This document shows positions 12,112-26,375 of a DNA stretch of 64,000 nt, piece by piece. Source of the DNA: Eledone cirrhosa (Eukaryota); contig OZ024742.1 of the NCBI GenBank assembly GCA_964016885.1, positions 189,534,001-189,598,000 on the forward strand, given 5' to 3'. The notes under the pieces are model-generated. The model worked only from the letters and a program-made list of their open reading frames with translations. It had not been told where the DNA came from and ran no database searches. The first letter of the stretch is position 1; the number at the start of each line of letters is the position of its first letter. The position numbers and the translations under genes are program-made.

Positions 12112-14995
12112 CATACATTCTGTGAATATTGTACATATTGTATATATTGTATATATATAATTTTATAAAAAAAGGTCTTTCATGAAATTAATGAGATTAG
12201 TTTTTATTGTAAAATGATTGCATTAATATTATTTTCTTTTAGATAGTTCTCTTCTCTTCAAAATAAACCTATACCTCCTATTGGTTTTTCATCTCCTAGA
12301 AGAATCCATCAAAATTGTTGTCAATGAGTGATCCGTGAATATTGATTGATTATAAACAACTTCGATCCTTTTAAGAATTTCAAAATTATAAGATAAATTT
12401 TTCCCCAGTAAAGGAGCTAAATAAGGTAAATATGTTGTTAGCAAAAACTCTGGAATCCCAAAACAATCAAATTCCAAATGAAACAGTAGAGTGCTAACTT
12501 ACTGTCAAGAAATCAACTTTCAGGAATTTTCATGTTTAACCCAAATAGTTTACTCTTTTGAGACAAAACTATTTGAAACCACCCATGGTTCCTTGATAGA
12601 AAACTGTATGGAATTTAGTAGAAATAGAAGCTTTTGTTGTATTTTGACTAAAGAAATTAGCCTGATAGTGGGATTTAAAACCCTCTAAAATGGAAAAGGA
12701 TGAGTATTAGCATACATGTACATCAATACTCATCCTTTTCTATTTAAACACTATCAGGCTAATTTCTTTTGTCAAAACACTGCGAAAGCTTCTATTTCTA
12801 CTAAATTTCAAACTTCGCTCACTGTCTTCAAAACAAAAGCTTGCTTTGACAAAACTGTATATTTTCAAGTGTTCATAGTTATCTAAAAACCTTCCATCAA
12901 AACATTTATGTAAGAAACTTAAGGCTATGCTGCAAACATGTGCTTAATAATGAAAAATTTATCTGCATTACTAAATTCTTCCAAATTCTTGATTATTTTC
13001 AAGATCATTTGAATATAATGGGTAGTGCATTTCATTAAAATATGGTGATGAATGTGTTAACATAGAACCATTAAAATATCTTTTAACTGAAAGATTTCAT
13101 TCTTAATTTGAGCTTATGGCATAGTTTCTTGCTTTCCTGCAGGTCAAGATTAGCCAAATTGTCTCCTAGTCATTTAAAAAGTCCTTAAATCAACATATCT
13201 TTTGTTTTAAGGATTGATTTGTTTGGCATTCAAAATTCCTGTCTCCCTCATACAAAACAAATGTATGCAATATTTACAAACTTGTCGTCTGCATATGCCT
13301 TTTTAAACTATTTGTGTTCATGGTATGGTCTGGATAGCATTGTTATACTGCTTGGTATTCTTTTGGCCAAACCTGGAAAGGAAAGGAGCTAATCATAAGA
13401 TCAAATGAGGGAAATTAGGCTTCTATTAGCCTTTCCATTGCTTTTACTACCTACCCGTCACAACTGGAAGGAGTGTCACTACTTTTCCAGTGATAGTGGT
13501 AGAATTTGAATTCAGAATGCACAGGGCTAGAAAACATATTGTAAAGCATCTTGGCTGATTCTTTAACAAACCTGTAAATCCATTCCCCAAGACTGGTATT
13601 TTGTTTATCAATCCTTTTAGTTGACATTGGCAAGATTTATATTTAGAACACAGAGAATCAGTTGTGATTCCATTGTCAATCAAAGGGATTTGAATTCTAA
13701 GATGGAATTTGAACTCAAAATTCAAAGTGCCTGATTTGGAACATATACTATGAGACATCTTACCCAATGCTCTAACAATTCTGCTAGTCCACTGTTATAG
13801 ATACTTAGTTTATGCCTTTAGATTATTTTGTTATCTGTTATACATAAACATACTATGTCAACCCTATTTTATAAACAGAAGTTTATACAATGATGGAAAT
13901 ATTAGAAAAAAAATTGTTTATTGATTCCAAAATGGCAAGAAGCAAAGCTCGCCTTGTTCAAATGTGGATCCAGAGGCCAAAGAGCTGAAACAAATAGAAA
14001 GGCATTTAATCCAACATTCTAACAACTCGGTCATTTTGGCACCCTGACAAACAGTCTGGTAAATAGTTATTAATTATTCAGAATCAAATAATAATAATGC
14101 CAACATGTATTGTGATGTCTCAGAATAATCATCAAGTGACAAGCCACAAGCAATTATTATGGCTGTAACATTGTGATAATCACATTTAAAATGTATCTAT
14201 CTTATTAATTTCATGAAAGTCCTTATATATATAAGTATAAACCACAAACACACTCTCACACACACACACTAATATATTGTGTGTGATTAATATATATATA
14301 TATATATATAATGTTTGTGGATACATTTGAATTGCTTATTGCAATATATAACCCAAGTTTGCATTGATGGGGTTTTTTTTTGTTTGTTTGTTGATTTTTA
14401 CTAATGCATTTTCAAGTTACATAATTTGGTTTACAACAATCCCTGGTATTAATTCATGTTTTCCTGTTGTTTTTTTCTTAATTTAGTTAGCTATTCCAGT
14501 TTTAGTAGTTTATTGTTCAATATATTTGCTAGGATGTAATGTTAGAATGATAGCTTGTGCCACATCCTGGAAGTTATTGAGGACAGATTTATTTTCATTT
14601 TTAAAGTGTATTTTCCTAGTTTGGTGGTGTATATTTATTTACAATGCTCTAATTTTGTGTAATTGGTACTACTCTTTGTAATAGCCATGTAATTCTAAGT
14701 AGCATATCTTAAAATATATTTCAGAACAATTAGGCCTACTAATATGACTTTATAAATTAATTATTAAAAACAATAGAAGGATATTATATTTTTATGTAGT
14801 GATTTAGACTACATTATTGTTTTCAATATATTGGCATGGCAATACTCTGAGAGTAAACAAACATTGTTGTTTCTATGGAGAATATTTATACAACCTCTTC
14901 ACTAGTCACTTCTGTTAGTTGGCCGTGAAGGATCATAACTTTAATATTACATTCAATAAGGTTGTTAGTTGGTGTTATTATAATTTATAAAGGGC

Positions 14996-15180
14996 AGTAG
15001 ATTGGCAGTATTGTTAGAGCATCAGACATAATTTGTGGCACAGAGTTGCGTCCCTTTACATTCTAAGTTCAAATTCTGCCAAAAGAGTCGTTAAAATAAA
15101 GTAACAGTAACGCACTAGGGTCGACGTAATCGAATTTCCTCCCTCCCCAAATTGCTGGCCTTGTTCCTATAGTAGAAATT
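14996..15180 (+). mobile_element. SINE family A variant (degenerate)
   Basis: A/B boxes and GCTGGCCTTGT tail, with the extra GGGTCGAC..AATCGA segment also seen at 50313-50527. Confidence 0.65.
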
Positions 15181-15345
15181 ATTATTTATAATTGTGTTTA
15201 AGTCTCATTACGTCACTATTAATGGTTTCTGATCAGAGATAGTTAAGTCCTAATAATATTAATACCCAATATTTTGTTGTTCATTGAGCTCCCCTTATAC
15301 ATATTCTGACCTTCCAAAGTTCTATTCTTTCTAAGTTAATCGACT

Positions 15346-15385
<40 letters not shown>

Positions 15386-15387
15386 TA

Positions 15388-15726
15388 TCATCATCATCAT
15401 CATTTTACGTCCGCTTTTCCCTGCTTGCAAGGGTGGGACGGGAACTGATTCTGGCTTGATTTCTACAGCTGGATGCCCTTCCTAACACCAACCTCATTTA
15501 CAGTGAGTGCTGGGTGCTTTTTTGCCATTGTGCCTACACGACTACTTTACAGTGGAATGATAGGGACCCCCAGTCGCTATCATATCATTTCTACAGCTGA
15601 GTAAACTGGAGCAATGTGAAATAAAGTGTCTTGCTCAAGGAAACAACACATTACCCCGTCTGAGAATTGGACTCACAACCTTTCGATTGCAAAGCCAATG
15701 CTCTAACCACTAAGCCATGTGCCTCC
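15388..15726 (-). mobile_element. SINE family B, full length with (ATG)n tail
   Basis: Reverse complement of 4280-4595. Confidence 0.85.
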
Positions 15727-15738
15727 ATCTATATATAT

Positions 15739-15775
<37 letters not shown>

Positions 15776-15776
<1 letters not shown>

Positions 15777-16290
15777 GATGGCTGCAATTCGATTTCGAGT
15801 AATGCCGTCGCTTGATATTTAAGCATGAGCATCACGGACGTGGCTTTTTAATCCTGCTAGGGACTTGCCCATGGCCAGAAATGCCATACATTGCAATAAA
15901 TGTCCCATATCAAGTGATGCCTGTGCTCGAAACTTTTTTAAGTGAGGAAAGGCTTGCACAGACCCAATCCCACTCTCTGAACATCAAATGCATTTGCTCC
16001 AAAAGAAGAACTGGTCTACATCATTGGAAGCAAATGAAGTCGCAGGTTTTATATGAGAGTGACCTTCTAGAGAGATGTCTTAATGAAGACGCGGAGTCTC
16101 TCGCTCAACAAAAAAAAAACTCTATTGGATGGCCATTGATTCTGCTGAGTTTCTCCACCCTTTGAGAGGTTTTGTTTTTCATCCCATAGGGTGTCCAAAT
16201 TCTCCCTCTTCACCAAGCAATCTTGGTGGGGTTTGCCGGTTTAGTTGCCGATGACCCAACCATGCACACGTTGTACTGGGTTACATTTAC
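15776..16290. mobile_element. Unclassified interspersed repeat inserted in (TA)n
   Basis: Homologous to 62678-62935 (same strand) and 47300-47432 (opposite strand): gatggctgcaa..cgatttcgagtaatgcc..ggacttgcccatggccag. Confidence 0.65.
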
Positions 16291-17754
16291 ATGTATATAT
16301 ATATATATATATAGTTAAAAGTTAGTGCCTGACAGTTGAACTAACACTGTTTCAATGGCAAACTGGTAACTCCCAATCTCTTCCTCACTCTCTCTCATAT
16401 ATATATATATATTTTTATCCTTCTCCTTTGCCCTCTTATTCCTGTGAGGGTCATGGTGGCAGAGTCTTCAAGCATACCTTCCAGTATGTCTTATCAGAAG
16501 CAACTGTCTCCAATTGATTTGGCCTGTTCCAAACCACCTAACATGAGGTCTCCCATGGGTCTCTTTCCAGTTAAATTTTGCTTGTAAAATCTATTCAGCA
16601 GCCTTTCACCATATATATAAATGTTATTCATGACTGTTATTCTAGTTGTTTTCTTTTTTGCTGTTAACTTTTCATATCCTGTAATGATTTAGCAGAAAAT
16701 ATCTGGCAATGAATATATAGTTGTGAAAATTTGCTGTAAACATTAATCTTTAATGTGGTGTAGTTATAGATCTTTTTTTCTTTTACTTTTCAAGAATATC
16801 TTGCTATTTGGCAAACCAGTGTGAACATTTGTAGTATTAGTGTAACAGCTTTAAATTATAATGTGATGCAGTCAAAGTTCTGTACTTTTCTAGACTGTCT
16901 TGTTTGTTTGGTTCATGTGGCTTGTTAATACAAATGTTTGCAGTATCATTACTACTGGACAGATCATTGTGATGATTTACAGTATTAGAGGGAAGGCTAA
17001 ACTATTTCATGTAATGCTGTCATACTGCTGTTTTGTACTTGTCAGGAAAGCATTATTAATGTGGTTTCGTGTAGTGCAGGATGTTAAGAGTTAAAATTCC
17101 TATATCATTAATGATATTCATGGCATACCATTTTCATCATGTTGTCAATAAAATATTGCTCACAATGTAGTTTTAATATGTTTCACTTCAGGGGACAAAA
17201 TCTCACTCATTTGGTTCATGTGGTTGGTTAATTCAAAAGTTTATATTTCTTAGTGGGAAAATAATTGTGCAAATTTTGAATATTAGAATAAAGGCCTTTA
17301 ATTATTAATTTGAAGCTGTCTTTATCCTGTTTTGTACTTTTCAATTCAGTGTCAGTAATGTGGTAGATGATATTAAGTGTTAAATTTAGTCGTGGGACAG
17401 TTCTTTGAGACTAATTTGTTAGCTGGTTCTTCCCTCATTTTTCATTCAGTTTAGAATCAATTATTGTGTTTATTATTTTTCCTGTTTTTGTTATTTATCT
17501 TATTTTCATCATCAAATCTGTAAGTTAATGAGTAATTAGGCTGTATCTATTGCTCAATCTACAATATTTAATACTCTAAATATTTCATTTTATTGGTGTG
17601 TGGTAAGTTTTGTTTTGATTTATAAATTTATCATATGTTATTTTATCTGATTTGTTTATTCAATATAATATGAGTTTTATGAGTGATTTTTTGGTAAAAT
17701 TAATAATTTAATCTTATCACAATCTGTTCATGTTAATAAATATCTGTGTGTATG

Positions 17755-17795
<41 letters not shown>

Positions 17796-20459
17796 ATTAT
17801 ATTTATATGTGTGTATGTAAAATTGTATTGTTCATCTGTGCATGTAAAATAAGTATATAATTTGTGAAGTTGTAGAGGTTCAGTATATTATTTTAAAAAG
17901 AAATATTTAAAAATTTATATTTTGAATTTCTTTAAAGATATATGTTATTAAATAAAAATATGTTAGAAATACATAGTGCAGTATTTAAGTGATATCTTCT
18001 AGCTTTCTCTCAGCTAGTTGAAATGAAGGGGTAGTTACATGGCACACACATGTTTTAAGGACATGTCTTCTACTAAAAAGAGGGTCAGCCTTGTAGAGCT
18101 TCATGACAGGCATCATATTCACCATGGTGTTTATTTTTAGGCAACACTTTATAGTTTGATTCCCTCAATGGCTCTAACCCTTTTAGTCACTTTTTATTAC
18201 CTGCAGGGTTGTGGTGTACCTGCTTTGAACAGGAGACACATGGAGACAATATCGGTGAAATTGTTTTACAAAAGTTAATACAATAGAAGATGGGAATAGA
18301 AACAAGTAAAACAAAACAACAGTTTGTACTTTTACTTTATATTTTTATATTTTGGTCTTAAGGTCCCTTTATCAAGAGAAAAAGTGAATATGCTGGTGAA
18401 GAGCTCGGGCTTTTTCTGCACAAATAGCCAACATTATTGCTTAAAAGATACCAGTACACTCTGTAAATTGGTAGTGTTGGTACCATGATTAAATTTACTC
18501 AGTACATTCTGTAATTGGTAGTACTGAAACCACACTAATATGCACCCAGTCCTCCCTGTAAGGTTCTTGACTTTAGAAAGTGCATCAGACTGTAAGGATC
18601 ATAGCAAAAATGAAACATACACGTGAAACATGATTCTCCAGCATGTCTAATCTCAAACCACGATATCCTATCCAACATGAACAGGATGTGATCCTCCTAA
18701 CCTATCCAGTCTCAGAGTATGACAACCCTTCTAGCCCAACCAAACTTAGAAAATGGATGCAAAATGATGATGATATATATAGTTCAAAAGGTAGTGTATC
18801 ATTTTGTGCTTATATATAACAAATACATTAAAATACAAAACTAGCATTCTTCCACGAGGTCTTAATGAGGTTCTAAGGAGCAAATTGAATACTAAATCAT
18901 TTCAAAATTACTCTTTAAATAACCCTTTTAATTATTTTCTATTTAAGTTAATGAAAACACATGTGCCCTGACACAAGGAAAAACATGCCAAAGACAAGAT
19001 TTATAAGTCATAATCTTTGGATCAATAGTTCATCATTTTAACCAATCACCCATCAAAGATGCTTAAGTGAAAATTTAATTTTGTTAACTTATATTGATGT
19101 AAACAAATTGTCAACGGGTTAGGCAACAAAAGTTATACTCCAATTGATTTCTCAAGCTTACGTTTAATAAAGATAATAATAATAATGCTTGCCAAATCAA
19201 TTACCTTGGGCTTAGTGTCTTGGCCAAAGATTAACAACAAATGGTAAAATAATACAGAAGCTACTCCTCTATGGGAAAACTTAATAAAAATATATAAACA
19301 AAACACAGTTCTTGATATATAATTAGAACATCTGAGACACAGCTCACTCTCTTCAACAATACTTCTATGACCCAATGCTCTCTCTTCCACAGTGGTATAA
19401 TCCTCCTACTTTTATCAAAATCACCCCAGGGGTAGTGCCATGATAAAAATACACACTATCCACATTGTAAGGCAGTTGTGCTGGAACAATGGCAAAAGCT
19501 CTCAGTCCAGCCTGTAAGATGGTAGTGCTGGAGTCATGAAATATTTCCTTTACATGATGTAAAGTGGTTGATATTAATAAGAATATCCTGCCACAGAAGC
19601 CATGCATCAGCTATAAATTATTTGGCATTTGGAAGGTCATCCAGCAGTAGAAACCACACTCCCAGTATGTGCTGTAAAGTAGTGGGCATTAGGAAAGACA
19701 TCCAACCATACAAACCGACTGCAAAATGGAATGTATGAGCAAAACATTGTTACCTAATAAGTCTAGCCTCAGAATCTGACAACCCATCTAACCTATGACT
19801 CCATCAGGAATTACGGCACCATGCCTGCATGGCCTAGTGTTTATAGTGTTGGGCTCATGATATAACGTCATGGGTTTGATTCCCTGATTGAATAATATGC
19901 TCTGTCCTTTACAAACTGTTGCTACAATTCACTTAGCAGAAAATTAACACCAGCAACAGCTGAATGTTAACCCTGCAATGGGCTAGAGTCACATCCAGGG
20001 GAAGGGTAATCTTTCACTCTCATTTGTTTAATACCCATGAAAGTAGGATAAGCTCTGAGCTCCAGGCAAAACATAGAAGTAAAGTCAGGATTTTATGTAT
20101 ATTTTTCTAATTTCTTCATTTCATATATCTTCTTCTTCTTCTTCTTCTTCTTCTTCTTCTTCTTCTTCTTCTTCTTTCTTGTTGAAAAACTTGATGACAC
20201 GAAAACACCTCAAGAAGATACCCCCCCCCTCCTATACACCACTCTTTTCAACTTTCCTTGTCACTCATTTCTCATTTACACAAATAAATAAATAAATAAA
20301 TATTGCAAAATAAAGGTAAATTAGAAAACAAAAGCAAGATGTACTAATAATGGTAGACACCGAGCACAGTAAGAGCAGCAGCAGTAGTAGCGGTAGTGGT
20401 GGTGACAGCAGCAGCGGCGGTGACAGCAGCTACCATAGTGTAGATTCAATCAATAGCTG

Positions 20460-22140
20460 GCTACTGCATGTGATCTATTAATGCCAACCTCATCCTTACC
20501 ACCAACAACAACAACAACACCATCATCATCATCCCCACTCTCACTGTGACCACCACCACTGCAGCCACCACAGCCACCACCACCACCACCACAGTCATTA
20601 CCAACCATTGCCACCACCACTACTGACACTGCCATTACCACCACTATCACCAAGACCACCATTACACCTACACCATTACAACTACAGCCACAACCATCAC
20701 CACAGTAACTACCACCATTGCCACCATCACTGGAAACACTACCATCATCACTACCAACATCAACACTACCATTACCACTGCCACCACCATCAACACTACC
20801 ACCATCGCTGGTGACACTACCATCATCACAACCAACATCAACACTACCATTACCACTGCCAACACCATCACCACTACCACCATCGCTGGTGACACTACCA
20901 TCGTCACAACCAACATCAACACTACCATTACCACTGCCAACACCATCACCACTACCACCATCGCTGGTGACACTACCATCATCACAACCAACATCAACAC
21001 TACCATTACCACTGCCAACACCATCAACACTACCACCATCGCTGGTGACACTACCATCATCACAACCAACATCAACACTACCATTACCACTGCCAACACC
21101 ATCACCACTACCACCATCGCTGGTGACACTACCATCATCACAACCAACATCAACACTACCATTACCACTGCCAACACCATCAACACTACCACCATCGCTG
21201 GTGACACTACCATCATCACTACCAACATCAACACTACCATTGCCACCACCATCGCTGGTGACACTACCGTCATCACTACCAACATCAACGCTACCACCAC
21301 CACCACCACAAGCAACACCACAATCACTACCACCATCCCCACCATCATTGGTGACATGACTATCATCACTACCAACATCAATGCTACCATTAACACCACT
21401 ACCACCAACACCATCATCACCACTACCACACAGCCTCAACCATCATTATCAACACTACCATTACCACCACCACCACCACCACCACCACCACCACCACCAC
21501 CGCCATCACTAAGACCACCAACACCATCATCACCACTACCACACAGCCTCAACCACCATTATCAACACTACCATTACCACCACCACCACCACCACCACCA
21601 CCGCCATCACTAAGACCACCAACACCATCATCACCACTACCACACAGCCTCAACCACCATTATCAACACTACCACCACCACCACCACCACCACCACCACC
21701 ACCGCCGCCATCACCAAGACCACCACCACCACCGCCATCACCACTACCACACAGCCTCAACCATCATTATCAACACTACCATTACCACCACCACCACCAC
21801 CACCACCACCACTGCCATCACCAAGACCACCAGCACCATCATCACCACTACCACACAGCCTCAACCATCATTATCAACACTACCATTACCACCACCACCA
21901 CCACCACCACCACCACTGCCATCACCAAGACCACCAACACCATCACCACCACCACTACCACACAGCCTCAACCATCATTATCAACACTACCATTACCACC
22001 ACCACCACCACCACCACCACCACCACCACCACCACCACCACTGCCATCACCAAGACCACCAACACCATCACCACCACCACTACCAGACAGCCTCAACCAT
22101 CATTATCATCATCAACACTACCACAACGAACACCAACACC
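20460..22140. repeat. (ACC/ACT/ATC)-rich minisatellite: 78-bp unit x~6.5 (20720-21240) and ~120-bp unit (21410-22110)
   Basis: atcgctggtgacactacc recurs every 78 nt; cacagcctcaacca recurs about every 110-130 nt. Confidence 0.9.
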
Positions 22141-22502
22141 ACCAACACCATATAGAATTAATGCAGCAGCAGTTGCACCATCACTGCTGCTGTCATATAC
22201 AGCGAACAACAACCAGGCAAAGCCAAGCAACCAGCCAGCCTAACAATGCCAGTTATCAAACATATATGCTTGTTAAATCCTAGCCTTTTCTTTCTTTCCA
22301 TGGTACACACACTTGCATACATGTGCACACATATGCACACATGCACATGCTTACACATGAACAGATACAGAAAGAAACACACACTCAGACACACACAAAC
22401 TCATTGCAAGCAGGGAAAAGCGGACGTAAAATGATGATGATGATGATGATGATGATGATATCTTTATATATATCCACATATAAATCACTCTCTTCCTCTC
22501 TC

Positions 22503-22548
<46 letters not shown>

Positions 22549-22565
22549 GAGAGAAAGATGTATGC

Positions 22566-22607
<42 letters not shown>

Positions 22608-22719
22608 ATATATATAGAGAGAGAGACAGAAAGAGGGGGAGAGAATGATGTGTGCATGTGTGTGAATGTACATACATCCATACACATACATGCATCCATT
22701 CATCCATTCATCCATATGT

Positions 22720-23640
22720 ACGTACATACATATGTACATGCATGCATACATCCATACATATATAGACGCACACATACATGCACATATATTCATGCACACA
22801 CGCATATATTCATACACACATATATATATATGTATATACATACATAGACACACACATACATTCATACACACACACACATATACATTCATATGCACACATA
22901 TATATATATATATACATACATATACACACACACCCATACGTACATATATGCATGCATACATCCATAGATATATAGACACACACATACATGCACATACATT
23001 TATACACACACGCATATTCATACATACACATATATATATGTATATACATACATATACACACACACCCATACGTACATATATGCATGCATACATCCATACA
23101 TATATAGACACACACATACATGCACATACATTTATACACACACGCATATTCATACACACACATATATATATGTATATACATACATATACACACACACACC
23201 CATACGTACATATATGCATGCATACATCCATACATATATAGACACACACATACATGCACATACATTTATACACACACGCATATTCATACACACACATATA
23301 TATATGTATATACATACATATACACACACACCCATACGTACATATATGCATGCATACATCCATAGATATATAGACACACACATACATGCACATACATTTA
23401 TACACACACGCATATTTATACACACACATATATATATGTATTTACATACATATACACACACACCCATACGTACATATATGCATGCATACATCCATAGATA
23501 TATAGACACACACATACATGCACATACATTTATACACACACGCATATTCATACACACACATATATATATGTATATACATACATATACACACACACCCATA
23601 CGTACATATATGCATGCATACATCCATACATAGACACATT
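22720..23640. repeat. 132-bp minisatellite built from (CA)/(TA) microsatellite, 6 or more units
   Basis: cccatacgtac at 22933, 23065, 23199, 23331, 23463, 23595. Confidence 0.9.
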
Positions 23641-24626
23641 CATTCACACACATACAATCATACACAAACACATGCACAGATATATATATATGTATATATA
23701 TACATACACATACATATACACAAACATCCATTTTCATCGTGTTTTCTACTAAGGTAGATTTCTTCTTTTATCATTTTGTCTGTTGCTCTTCTTCTTATTA
23801 TCATGGTAGCCATTGCTGGTGCATGTATTATAATTGCTATGGAAGATTCTGATCTAGTTGTCATGGCAATAGATCCACTTCATGGAGAGAGAGAGAGAGT
23901 GAGAAAGATAGAGATAGGGAGGGTATGAAACTGCTGTGAAGCAACAGTAACAACTGAAGCAGCCATCTTTAATAAGGCTTATGTTTAATTTTCAATCAAA
24001 ATGAAAATCTCGAGTAATTTATTATATTTATTCTTTTTCATTCAATATATATACATATATATTTAGAGAGAGAGAGGTTTTTTTCTGTGTATATGAGTGT
24101 ATATGATTATATATATATACTTTCATACATACACACACATATATACATATATATGTGTGTGTGTGTGTGTATATACATGTATGTATGTATGAACATGTAT
24201 GTATGTATGCGTATGTATGTACATGTATGTATGTACATATATGTATATATATATATATATATATTACATGACATTAAACTAATCTAAAGAAAAATACACT
24301 GAAAGAATATAAAATAAATTCTTGTCGTCATTGCTGGGCTATTTTATTTTATTTCATTCTATTTTATCATTATTTTTTGTCTTTTAAGAAACATGAAAAA
24401 TGGAAGATGGTATTTTATAATACCTAACAAATATCTTAAGTGGTAGCAATTATTAACTGCTAATATATTTTAATAGCTCTCCATTGATTTCTTACTTTGA
24501 AAAATAGGTTGCATCAGATACATGCGGTACATGCAGTTTAGCATGCACGTTTCAGTAGTGACCATACATATTAGCTGTAATAACTATATCATACTATATC
24601 ATAACATTATTAATATTGAATTGAAC

Positions 24627-24811
24627 GGTGGATTGGCAGTATCGGTAGAGGGTTGGACGCCATGCTTTGATGCATAGAGTTACGGCCCTTGCCATTCTGA
24701 GTTCAAATCCCGCCTAGGTTTACTTTGCCTTTCATTCTTACGGGGTCGATAAAATAAAGTACCAGTAATGCACTGGGATAATTGCTGGCCTTGTGCCAAA
24801 AAGTAGAAACA
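24627..24811 (+). mobile_element. SINE family A, full length
   Basis: A/B boxes; 18-bp TSD attattaatattgaattg at 24606-24623 and 24812-24829. Confidence 0.9.
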
Positions 24812-25559
24812 ATTATTAATATTGAATTGGTGGATCGGCAGAATCGGTAGAGCGTCGGACAACATTATGATCATAAGTCCAATGGGCCACGCACTTCCAC
24901 AATTCAACTGTACACCAGTTATTTATATATTTCTAATTTATTTACTACTGGTGACATTTATTCAACAAAAACACAAGTGGTTTCAAGCTATTTGCCCAGC
25001 TAAAGCAAGGGTTAACCTTGCAGACCCCACAAGAGGTTTCATACTCATTAAGGGCTCCTTTTCAAGTCAATGTTTAACAACCAGGTGCTCTTCTTGGAAG
25101 TAACCATTTTATTTGCATCCTATGAAAGGCAAGGATATAGTATACATATTCACTACTAGATACTGAAAAGGCTAAACTGGTTATGGTGTACCTATTCTAA
25201 ACTAGACACACACAGTTAAGTTTGATATAATGAACCTATTGTAAACTAGATACACACAAAGTTAAATTGGTTATAGTGTACATATTCTAAACTAGATACA
25301 CACAGAGTTAAATTAGATAAGCACATTATTTATTCATGAAGAGAAGCTTAGAAAAGATCAAAGCAAGGATGGATGGCTATGCAATACAACATTTCTGTGC
25401 ACATCTTATTCATGTCATTATTAAAGGCAAACATTTTCTCATCCAGCCTGAATACATCTTGCAGTCTTCTTAGGTTTATTTCACACATTGGTCAATCTCA
25501 GTATTAACTCACCAAACATTTTTCACTCATATATATATATATATATATGTGTGTGTGTA

Positions 25560-25793
25560 AAAGGTAAACAGAAATAACAAAAATAACAAAACAAACAGTA
25601 CACGGAAGAAATATATTAGTTTAACGCTTGAAATAGTAGGAAGGGAGTTTTAACGTTTCGGACACTAATCCTTCATTAGAAGATTGAGTTAGAAATAGAA
25701 GATAAGTAGAAAGTAAAGTGTGATGGGAGGAAGGAACGGGGAAAATGAGAAAAAAATTGGGGAGGAAAAACGCACATGCGTATTTAGTCGGCC

Positions 25794-25797
<4 letters not shown>
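25560..25797 (-). mobile_element. PLE pseudo-LTR remnant with degenerate hammerhead
   Basis: Minus strand 25647-25684: CUAAUGA-A-GGA uuagug UCC-GAAA-CG-UUA; TA-flanked. Confidence 0.5.
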
Positions 25798-25844
<47 letters not shown>

Positions 25845-26340
25845 GTAAAATGACATGAGGCCAAATATGTGAAATTTCCTTAATAATTTATAGCAAACAC
25901 TATACACATTTCAGTAGCCAGGTTGCGTAAGAACTCCGTGAAATATTTGGGTGTAAATTGCATATTCTGCCCAGTGGTAAACCACCAAATTTAAACATAT
26001 ATAGATTTCTGAGATAATTTTCTTTCTGATGAAGTGCAATTGCAGACAAGTAATGCATATGAATGAACATTATGCAATGTAGTCAGTGGATGTAGACTGT
26101 TGCGTAATTGTGCAGAAACATATGTTAAGGATAGATTACACAATAAATTTTTCTTTTATCCAACTCTTTCTGCCTAGTTTTTACTAATTTTTTCCTGGTA
26201 CTGTATTTATATATATATATGTTGAAGAACAGTCAGGCCCTGGTCATTGTGATTGTACCCTGAGTTGATCGATATCAAAAAATTGTAATATGCCAATAAA
26301 ATGTGTACATATGCTGCAACACTGACTTTGATTCTACTTA

Positions 26341-26375
<35 letters not shown>

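Noticed and set aside
11662-12168. YIYI/IYIY ORFs here and at 22.5-23.7, 42.5-43.4, 55.5 and 58.7-59.1 kb
   Set aside because: Translations of (TA)n/(CA)n microsatellites.
12290-12480. ECS for the T1 exon
   Set aside because: Only ~8-nt complements (ccccagta, ttagcaaa) were found, which is expected by chance.
20450-21613. Long Gly/Asp-, Val/Met- and Pro/Ser/Thr-rich ORFs
   Set aside because: Open in several frames on both strands because a 78-bp trinucleotide-derived minisatellite lacks stops; no splice or domain evidence.
22720-23640. CRISPR-like regular repeats (also 32020-32540 and 44366-44578)
   Set aside because: Whole units repeat with no unique spacers, no cas genes, and eukaryotic context.
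26025-26070. CUGAUGA motifs at 26026, 30593 and 35352 (minus strand) as hammerheads
   Set aside because: No properly placed GAAA, stem II or stem I; at best heavily decayed.
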